A stretch of 32,000 nucleotides of DNA. Origin: Zygophlyctis sp. KS116. Its lineage: Eukaryota; Fungi; Chytridiomycota. The notes under the pieces were generated by a model, which was not told where the DNA came from, did not search any database, and saw only the letters and a list, made by a program, of their open reading frames with translations. The stretch covers positions 60,001-92,000 of the forward strand of contig BAAFSQ010000006.1 in the NCBI GenBank assembly GCA_054661495.1, written 5' to 3'. A program made the position numbers and the translations under genes. Below, in pieces: positions 12,479 to 22,743 of the stretch. Position 1 is the first letter of the stretch. Each line of letters begins with the position of its first letter.

Positions 12479-14082
12479 ATGATGCATGATAATGGATTTT
12501 ACTTTAGTTTCGGTCTGCTCACTGGGATTGTGGTCTGCACAGTGACTTATTATACTCTGAGTTGGATAAAGGATTTTGCAGAACTGATCTATAATCGGCC
12601 GATCAAACATCAATCGCTGCGAAATTCAAAGTCTTCACTTGATCTATTCAAATCACTCATTGGAAAAGTTCAATCAGAATCCACCGGCAATGATGCTACA
12701 TCCTTCAAAGATGATGTAATAACTTACGAAAGTGTTATCGGTAAGTTAGAGTCTGAACTCTTGATCAAGGCTGATAAGTTGGAAAAAATAGTTTCACACA
12801 TGATCAGTGAAATGAAGAAGGGATTGGCTTATGATAATCAAAATTTAAGAATGCTGCCTTCATTTGTTACTGCTAGACCGACAGGAACAGAAATTGGAAC
12901 AGTTTTGGCTCTGGACTGTGGAGGTTCAAACTTTAGAGTTTGTTTAGTGACATTAGAAGGGCAGGGACTGATTAGAAGTAAACAGGGAAAGTATGTTTTA
13001 CCAGAGCATTTAAAGGCTGGATCTGGTGTAGCACTATTTGATTTTTTTGCAGACTCGATCAAGAAATTCTTGGATGATATTGGGATGGTGATTAATCCAA
13101 ATGGACCTCCAAAACCTCTAGGATTTACATTTTCATTTCCAGTATATCAAACTTCCATAGATGAAGGTTACTTAATTCAATGGAATAAAGGATTTACAGT
13201 CACAGGAGTGGCAGGTCTAGATGTCTCATCTTTGCTAAATGAAGCTTTAGGAAGAAAAAATCTCAATATCGAAGTTACAGCTGTAGTTAATGATACTGTT
13301 GGGACACTTATAGCTCATTCATACAAGGATCCTCAAACATATATTGGTGTAATTTTAGGAACTGGAACAAATGCAGCATATGTAGAAAAGATTGAGGAAG
13401 TGAAGAAGACAGATTTAAAATCTAGCACAGGGGAAATGATTATCAATACAGAATGGGGAGCTTATAATGAACCATCTATTTTACCCATTACGAAATATGA
13501 CACTACTTTAGACCGACAGTCTGTAAATCCAAAAATTCAAATATTCGAAAAGATGATTGCAGGAATGTATTTAGGAGAAATTGTTCGTATAATTTTGATT
13601 GATTTAATTTCAATGGGTGAATTATTCAGAGGAGTTGGATCGGATGAATTGAATATCCCTTATAGTTTTGATACTGCTTACATGTCTAGAATCGAAAGGT
13701 AACATAAAAATATTTATCAACTTGAAGAGACCATACTCATGATTTGACTGATACAAAGTCTCTCCTGGAGGACATTTTGAGTATCAGAGCGCCTACTAGT
13801 CTTCGTGACCGACGCATTGTTAAACGAGTATGCGAATTAGTAGGTACTCGTGCTGCTAGACTAGCCGCCGCTGGTATTGCAGCTATAGTCACAAAAACAA
13901 ATCGTCTAAATCAGTGTACTGTTGGTATTGATGGATCTTTATTTGAACATTATCCTCATTTTGGAAATAGAATGCGAGACGCCCTTCGAGAAATGCTAGG
14001 ACTGTCTGCAGACAATATTTTACTAGAGCAGGCAAGAGATGGATCTGGACAGGGAGCGGCATTGATCGCTGCATTGGCTTAA
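12479..14082 (+). CDS. HXK: Hexokinase with N-terminal hydrophobic membrane anchor, about 524 aa
   Basis: MLPSFV, ALDCGGSNFRV, LGFTFSFP, VNDTVGT, ILGTGTN, INTEWG, FEKMIAGMYLGE, DGSGQGAAL. Intron 13699-13727. Confidence 0.95.
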
Positions 14083-14153
14083 TTGTATTAGTTTTTAGTG
14101 ATGTCATTGTCTGATCTCGGCAATTTAATAAAGTTTTATTGCCTATACCAGTG

Positions 14154-15289
14154 ATGTCTGCTCTTTCAGAAGAAGATATTCAAAGTCTATTCATGTGGAT
14201 CGACGAGATTCCTCTCTCGAGACCAAAGAAGAATCTGACACGGGACTTTAGTGATGGAGGTAAAGCCGATTACTAATGAGAAAGTTCTTGCTGCTGAAGT
14301 AGTTAAACATTTCGTCCCGAAATTGGTAGATCTGCATAATTACGCCCCTGCCAATTCAATATCACAAAAGATTTACAATTGGTCAACGCTCAATGGTATT
14401 AGATCCAAGTATAAACTGATTTTAGAAAAAGTATTCCGTAAATTGGGATATTTCATTAATGATACGATCATACATGCCATGGTCAATTGTAAGCCTGGAT
14501 ATGTGGAATATCTTCTCTTTGAACTTCGCCAAAAGGTAATCAGAGATCTTCTCAATGTAGATTGAAGAATATTTAGTTCATAAGCCTGCGATCCCAAAAC
14601 TACATCGAAAGAAATCAAAGCCTTCCCTTTCCAAACAAAATTCAGAAAAATCAATTAAATCTGATAGGACAAGCGAAAGCGAGGCAAGCAGTCAGCAGCA
14701 ACGGATAAATCCAGATTTTGAAGGCAATAATGCGCATACAGAGGGATACCAGAATGATTTAACCCAAGATAGAAACGAATACCAACATTTAGGCTTTACC
14801 GGTGGATATAATTCAGGATATCAACCCGTAAAAAATGGAGGCTCTCCGAGTCAATTTCAAGGCGGATTTCCAAATATATCTCAACAATCAGGATTTCCTC
14901 CACAAACATCGGCCTTAACTACACCACAAAATGACCATTCTTTCAAGAACCAATCAAACATTTCTAAGAATGATAATTCACAAAATTCTGTAGAGTCTCC
15001 CACTCGTCTGCATTCTAAACCCAGAGTTATGATACAGGAGCCGGTACCTCATTATAAAGCATCAAAAGCAATAAATAACAATCAAAATACAGGGAATACT
15101 GGCGACTTTGGAAGGGAAATAGCTGATACATTAAGAGTAAGTAATCATTTGAATAACAAAGTTATTTAATTTTTGTATCTTATAATTAAGTAGATGATGC
15201 AACTAAAAGTCGAAAAGTTAGAAACACTTCTGCAACTCAAAGATAAGAAAATAGAAGAGCTCAGTAGAAGACTCGATACAATGTCATAA
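14154..15289 (+). CDS. SPEF1: Sperm flagellar protein 1 (SPEF1/CLAMP; CH domain + C-terminal coiled coil), about 332 aa
   Basis: WIDEIPLSRPKKNLTRDFSDG-VLAAEVVKHFVPKLVDLHNY; C-terminal LKVEKLETLLQLKDKKIEELSRRL. Introns 14260-14284, 14396-14425, 14536-14560, 15137-15193. Confidence 0.92.
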
Positions 15290-15313
15290 TAATTGTATAT
15301 TAATAGAAAATAG

Positions 15314-17426
15314 TTAACATCTTTCAAATATTTTGTATAATTCTGGCAGTTGAGTTAATTCAATAATGACGCCATTGTCAGACATTTCCTTAATTCCAAT
15401 TAAATGTGATTTAAGTGCTGGAAACAGTAAATGTTCAACTGACCACGTAAAATCTTCAAAAGAATGCCTTGAGTTCCATTCGATTTCGTAAAATTTGGAC
15501 ATTGAAATTGCAAGAGATTTAAAACAAGATCGTTCTGATGTCCAATTTACCTACGAATTTTAAGAATTAAAATAAATTTACTTTATATGCCATATCAATC
15601 AAAAATTGAGGAAGTTTAGATATATTGGGAGTATATCCCTTAATTAGAACAGGCAATGATAACAAATTCCCCTCCGCAGATATATCTAGAGAGAAATAAT
15701 CCGATAGCATTCCTCTTTTATCAATTAAAAGACTGACAATTTCATCAGGATCATTTTGTTGTAGAGATGTATTGGCTGAAAAAAATGCAATCAGTAACTC
15801 TGAAATATTTAGAGGCTGATCAAATTTAATCCTAGAAAAGTTTGCAAAGCCATAAATGATCACTTGAAAAAAGAATACGTTACTTATTCGTTTAAAATCA
15901 ACCATTAGAAGCCTAGTCTGATGCTGAATTAGCGCACGAAAGTCATCTACAAGTCCAATAAATGTATGTTCACGAAATAGTTCGGTAATTATGGCATTCT
16001 CATTATTTTCTATTGAGACCCGTAGTTCCAAAACTGAAATCAATTGCACATCAACGATTTCATGCTTCTTTATAATATTTTCTTGTAAATCTTTCTTATT
16101 TGTATTCAAGTCAGTTATACTATCTGAGTTTTTTGCATTGAAATCCAGAATTTTTAGTACCTGACTAGAAATACCAGACTTTGGTAGTAAAAACGAATCC
16201 AGAGTACGTGTAGCACTATCAGTTCTTACCAACTTATGTTCCGGTTGCTTGGTTGGAGTTTCTTGCTTGGAAACTTTCACCTCTGTCATATCATATTGTG
16301 GAATAAGCGACTGAAATTATTTAAAAAGTAATTACCTGAGTAAGAAAACTCCTAGAAGAGTTACTCTCTGCCAAACAAGAGGAAAAGTGATCACGAATTT
16401 TTTCCACTATAAAGTCTTCATAAAGAAAATGAACTTGCTGTTTTGTTGGATGAACATTGACATCTACATTTTCAGACTTTAAGATCAATGATAAATACAC
16501 AAATGGATGCGCATGTTTTGGCAGAAAAGCAGAGTATAAACCTTCAATACTCTTTTTCAACATTGAATGCACTACCAATCTTTCTTTCATATATTAACCT
16601 TTAAAATCTTACCATTTATGAAAAGAATAAATGTGAACTTCTTTTCACTATAATTAGCATTTGAAATAAATCCTAGAGCCTTGAATCCTAGATCTGAATC
16701 TTGTACACTGACCGGCAAAAGCTCTTTGACTATAGATTTCCCATAAATCAGTCCAATATTTGATAAAATAGAAGAATTTGAAGGTGTACAAATATCCCAA
16801 GAGCTCGTTCCATGTTTTTTACACATAAACGACACTGATGGATTATGTATAGAGTATAATTGACAAACTTCTAAAATCCGTGCATATTCTTCATTTAAAT
16901 TCTTCAAAGCCTTTTTTCTGGCAGGTACATTATAAAACATATCTTGTATAGTGATCATTGTACCTTGATTTCCAGCAATCGGCTTTGGAGACTCTAAAAT
17001 CTTTCCATTTTCATATTTTGCAATCCACTATTAATTATCTAAAAAATATCGTACTGCAACATCTTGATCTGCAGTTTTCGTCCTGATACTTACATGTCCG
17101 ACATGTGTCATTGATGCCAATGCTTCTCCTCTGAACCCAAATGTTTGAATTCTAGATAGATCAGAGAATTTAGCCAGTTTAGAAGTAGTAAATCTCTCAC
17201 ACACAATATCCAAATCTTTATAGTTTATGCCGATCCCATTATCAGTTACGATGAGCGATTTAAGTCCGCCGCCCAGTACCGAGATGGCAATTGTTGATGC
17301 TCTTGCGTCTAATGAATTCTCTAAAAGCTCTTTCAGTGCATTTGCAGGCCTTTGTAATACTTCACCTGCAGCAATCTTATTAATAGTTTCCTGATCTAAT
17401 TTATGAATTCGTTGTGGCTCTTGCAT
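15314..17426 (-). CDS. MLH1: DNA mismatch repair protein Mlh1, about 666 aa
   Basis: [48 protein letters not shown] and terminal LYKIFERC. Introns 17028-17054, 16584-16612, 16311-16335, 15551-15581. Confidence 0.96.
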
Positions 17427-17456
17427 ACGGTTGAGTTTCAGGCTTGCGCCCAGAGC
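17427..17456. promoter_or_regulatory. 30-bp spacer between divergent MLH1 and PHO81 start codons
   Basis: CAT at 17424-17426 and ATG at 17457-17459; both N-termini match their family starts. Spacer is locally GC-rich. Confidence 0.6.
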
Positions 17457-20400
17457 ATGAAATTTGGGAAATACATTCAGTCTGCATCGGCCGAATGGGC
17501 TTCTCCTTGGTATATGGAATATAAGGGACTAAAGAAAATTATTTCGGCTCTAGAGTCTTCAAACACTGGATATACTCTCTTGGCTGCACCTCCTCCCGAT
17601 GACGATCAAGCATTAAAAACGACATTCTTTTATAAATTAGACAGAGAGTTGGAAAAGGTCAATGGATTTTACATGCAGAAAGAAGGGCAGTTTAGAATTA
17701 GATTAAGAACTCTCACTGACAAATTAAGGCTGTACGAAAAAAGGAAAAGGATTGAATCTTTAAGAATATTAAAGGAAGCTCATGTTCAATTTATTAATGA
17801 TTTGGCAAAATTACAGAAATTTGTAATGATTAATTCTGAAGGATTTAGAAAAATATTGAAAAAGTATGATAAAAGGTCTAAATCTGCTACAAAAGATGCT
17901 TACATGGCTAGGTAAATAATAAATAATCTGATAAATAAGACAAGTAAAGACAAAGCCTTGTTTTAATTCTGAAATTTTAATTGAATTAACAGATATTGCT
18001 TCAAGTCAAATTAATGAAATTATCAATCTAATTAAAGTATTAGATTCTGGAAGTAATTCTGGTACACATTTAGTAAATGGGAATGGTCGAGATTCTGAGA
18101 TTTCACTGGTTATTTCTAGGTTATCGTCAAAGTCTACATCACCTTCAGAAATTAATGCTTTTGATTTAAATGAATTTGAATCTAATTTGCAGGAATTTGT
18201 TCAATTAGGTCAAGTTTCCAGCTTGTCACAACTTTTGAATAAAAGAATATCAGAGCAAGAGGGATATTGTGCTGAAGATTTGGAAATTATGGGACGTGTT
18301 TTTCTAAATACTTGTAATGGGGCTTCTCTAGAAGTATTTGACTGTTTTTTAAGTCATGTTCCGGAATTAACAATGTTGGGTATAAGGGATGATATCTCTG
18401 ACAGAACTCCACTGCATGAACTAGCTATATCTGGTAGAATAAAGGTTTTGAGAATGTTGTTGGAAAAAGGTTTACATGTAGATCCAGAAGATACCTATGG
18501 TAGACGGCCTATTCATTATTCGTGTATGTATGGACATATATCTACTTCATTATTATTAATTTCTTACAAGGCAGATTTAGAGTCTCCTGATCATGATGGA
18601 GCGACTCCGTTGGTTCATGCCATTCGAGGAGGGCATGTTCAACTAATTGAGCTACTGATAGAAGAATCCGGTGTTAAGCTGGAATATTCTTCAGAAGTGA
18701 TTCAAAATCCTCTCATTGTGTCTGTTCAATTAGGTAATTTGGAAATCACAGAAAAGCTTTTAAAGCGTGGTATTCAAATTTTTCCAGATTCTCATGGTTT
18801 AAGCCCACTCCATATTTCTTGTAGAATGGGGTATTCAGGAATCACATCAATACTCGTAAAGTATGGCGGGCAGATAGATGCGTCTGACAATTTTTACGGT
18901 TGGCAACCAATATTTTTTGCAGTTTCGGAAGGACATTTAGAATGTGCTCGTGAACTGATTAAAGCCGGTTGCCGTTTAGATGTTAAGGATGAAAATGGGT
19001 GGTCCCCTTGGACTTTGGCGTTATACCATGGCCACATCGACGTGGCTAAACTATTGGAAGAATCTTCTCAAGGTGCAGGTAGTGGTGATCCTTCTCCTGG
19101 TTCTGTACGCCCCATTGCTCCAAGCGAGCTCTTAGATTCTGATTTAGCTCAGCATGATTCTGATATAGATGGTATCCCTTCTCTGTCACTCCCACCACCT
19201 ATTATTCCTTGCCGTATATAGTAAAATAGTATTTTTTTAATTATTAGTGGTCATACTTATCTCGATAAAAAGGTACTCATTCGAATTCAATTTGGATCTT
19301 ACAAGTCCTGTTCTGCAGAAAAGTCTCCACTGCGATTATTTGGATCTCATCAACTGTCGACCATAAAGTTAGAACTGACTCCAAAGCCAGAAGAATTAGC
19401 CTCTTATACAGTTGCACTTCCTTTGAAAGATATGCAAGAATTCGATTTTATGGTGGCAGACATGGATGCTTTCTCTGTACAATTTGATGTTTACCCTATG
19501 TTTGGCACCAAGTCAATCGGTCGGGCGATCGCTCTCCCTTCTATTTTTAAGATATTGTCGGCTTCCAGTTGGTCTGGTGCAGGGGAATATGAGACATGTA
19601 TTTGCCCTTTGTTTGATTCGCACTTGAATGTAGTAGGAGAAGTTGAATTTGTATGATATTTTTCATTTTTATTCTAGGAATTTTGCTTAATCAAGCCTTT
19701 TGTGCATTCTGCTGTACAGATTGGTGGAAAAGTAGAAACTTACTGGAAATCAACTGCTATAATACCCACTTCGGAATCAAATTCAGAGCAGCGCACTATT
19801 CAGTCTTTTATCACGGCTTCTTCTCTAGCAGAGGAATACCTAGACGCTATAGTTCAAATTACATCTGATGGAATACCTGTGGTTTACCCATATTGGTATT
19901 TGCCTTTTGAGGGTTTCCCAGTTTATATAGCTTCAATAACCCACGCTCAAGCCAAAGCCCTCTTCATTAAATCTAAAGGAGAAGCTTATAAAGGGAATTC
20001 CTATTTGCCTGCAGTCAATGATAGGTCTCAAAGTCAAAATAGCTCGTATTTGTCCGATGTTATTTATGATTCCTTTTTGACTTTAGAGGAGCTGCTTCAG
20101 GTATCATTTTTCTTTTCATTTTTAGACTTTGCCTCCTTCATTGGGGATATGTATCAATATTAAATATCCGACAGCATCTCAGCGCTCAATTTTAAAGATT
20201 ACGAATACATCTGATGCGCATTTGTTTGTCGAACGCATTTTAAAGCTTGTGTATGATAATGCGACTCGGAGTCGATCAATTATCTTTTCATCTTTCAACC
20301 CATCCATCTGCTCAATTATCAATTGGAAGCAGCCGAATTATGGAGTTTTTTTCGGAACTAGATGTGGCTACCTTGTTCAAGAAGGTCCTTGGAGGCAACC

Positions 20401-20686
20401 AGAGGCCGAAACAGATATACGTTGTAATTCCATAAAAGAAGCGATTAAATTTGCCAAATCAAGCAATTTGCTCGGTCTAATCTGCGAAGCAGCTCCAATT
20501 GTAAGCAATGTATGTTCTAATCAATAGACAAGTAGTCCTACGATTATTGATGCTATTAAAAAAAGTGGTCTTTTATTAGCTATATTTGGACCTGATAATC
20601 AAGATTCCCTAAAAACAAGAGTACAGCAACATGTGGGTGTTGATGCCATCATTTCACATCACATTTTGCGTTACAACAATTCCTGA
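17457..20686 (+). CDS. PHO81: Pho81/Nuc-2 (SPX + ankyrin repeats + degenerate GDPD domain), about 1031 aa
   Basis: MKFGK SPX start, [12 protein letters not shown], about 6 ankyrin repeats, [29 protein letters not shown]; no GDPD HRG motif seen, favouring Pho81 over Gde1. Introns 17912-17939, 19221-19247, 19651-19677, 20101-20125, 20501-20527. Confidence 0.9.
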
Positions 20687-20951
20687 TGATTTTATTATGA
20701 CGGATAGAAGTTTTATATTCCTAATACTTATTCTTAGGATGTCTGCATTTGATTTTACTTGTTTGTTGACAAATTTTCAATAGAGTAATCATTTATATTA
20801 TTTACTTTCTTTGCTTCCTGACCATAATAATTCGCATTTTCTTTCAATTCGTGCACTTTTTACAATCGATGGTTCGATGAAAAGTCAAATATCATCATGG
20901 ATTGTCTTAAAATTGAGCATGCAGTTCCTGAACATAAAGCAATAGTCTTAT

Positions 20952-22559
20952 TTAAGAATTATTATAACGAGTTTTTTTATGGTATGGCCGTTCTTCCCAC
21001 TCGCTTTGGGAGCGAAGATCCTTCCTATTATCTTCTGAATACTTTTTATCACGAGAATAATACCGACGACTGGAGCGATGATCATCATAATCAGCTCTAG
21101 ACCGACGGCCATCATAACTATTTCCTCCATCAGAACTACGATCTCGATCACGACTAAAACTACGAGACTTTGATCTAGAATCATATGAATCAAAAGAGAG
21201 CTCGTGAACCACTTGGCGTGCGGGTTGTATCCGCCCTACCGGTGATAAAGCATCAAAATGATTGGGCATATTTTGTCGTGCTGATGGCATACCTGGAACA
21301 TACATGGACTTATTAGCAGCGTCTTCTCTAGCTTTCCTAGCAGCCAGTTCATGTGATGTCGGGAAAGGCTTAAAACTATTTTTTAAAAATAAAATCCATA
21401 CTCTTCAGTAAAAGGCCTAGCAGCAAGAGGCTCTGTTGTAAAATAGCGATGCTTAAGAGCTTCTGTAGCAGAGGGTCTCTTTTTAGGAAACATAACCAAT
21501 AAATGATCTAAGAAATCTACAGTTGCTACATCATATCTAATATTAAAAGAATTTTTCCATACTGATTTAATGGGTATTTAGTTTTAATCTGACGAGGATG
21601 TATTTCAGAAAAATCTTCAATCGTACCAGTGCTTGGACTAAAAATTGGCAGGGATTTAAATCCTGGCCAACTTTCTTCAGTTGGAGTTCCACACAAAGCA
21701 TTTACCCTTTCTAATTGATCTAAATCTGATGAACCGGGCATAATTGGTCTCCTCTTTAACATTTCACCAAATATACAGCCAGCGCCCCATATATCCACTG
21801 CAGTTCCATATTTATTTGCACCCATGAGTATTTCCGGTGGCCTATACCATCTGGTTACTACTAAATTAGTATATTTAGCATCTGGATTTGGATTTAAAGA
21901 CCGTGCCTTTTTAATTAAACTCGGATATATATACCAATCCAAAATCAGCAATCTTTAGAGCACCTTGATTATTAATTAAAAGATTTGCCGTTTTCATATC
22001 TCGATGTATAATTTTTTTCTAAGCCATTTGATGTAACTATACTTACATCATGTAAATATTCTAATCCACACAACATTTGCTTGGCGTAAGATTTTATAAT
22101 CTGAGGATCTAATTTAACCTGAGAATTTTCCAAAAGACCTGCCAAATCATGATCCATATATGGAAAAACCATATACATCTGACCTCTATTTTTTTTCGCT
22201 TTATCTCCTATACATTAAATAATGAAATCACCTTTTGCAAATGCCATTTCTTTCATAGAAATCACATTATGATGATTACATCTCTTCAAAAGTTGAATTT
22301 CACGAATTGAAGTTACTGGCATCCCTTCTTGATCATTATGCAGAATAATCCTCTTTAGAGCGACCTTGTCTTTTTCCCTAGAATGAAATCCTACAAGAAC
22401 TTGTCCAAACGTTCCTTCGCCAATCTTGTGCTCAACAGTGTAATCTACAATATCAGAGACTCCTCTAAATTTCTTTTTTTTCTTTACCGGCTCCTGATCT
22501 TCTAAAATTTCCCCATCCGAGACTTCCCCATCCTCTGATTCTCTATCCTTTACATCCAT
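20952..22559 (-). CDS. BUR1: Transcription CDK Bur1/Sgv1 (CDK9 family) with RS/RD-rich C-terminal tail, about 491 aa
   Basis: [23 protein letters not shown] (PITALRE variant), [41 protein letters not shown]. Introns 22208-22231, 22019-22046, 21907-21934, 21537-21562, 21376-21401. Confidence 0.88.
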
Positions 22560-22743
22560 GTCTTGTAATGGAAATTGTGGCACTTTTGACGCCCCTGCCC
22601 CTGTCAGTCTTGATTCGCTTTTTTGGCACTTTTCGTGCTGATATTCAGGGTTCGTACACTAAAAAAAGAATAATAAATCCATTCATTTCTAAGCTGAGTT
22701 TATGTCCGTGACGTCGTTTCCTGTCCCTTAAAATCCCCTACAT

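Noticed and set aside
20739-20783. MSAFDFTCLLT resembling the start of Kish
   Set aside because: The frame stops after 14 codons and no splice restores Kish motifs.
17457-22559. PHO81 (CDK inhibitor) next to a CDK as a functional pair
   Set aside because: Pho81 targets Pho80-Pho85 (PSTAIRE type); this kinase is Bur1/CDK9 type.
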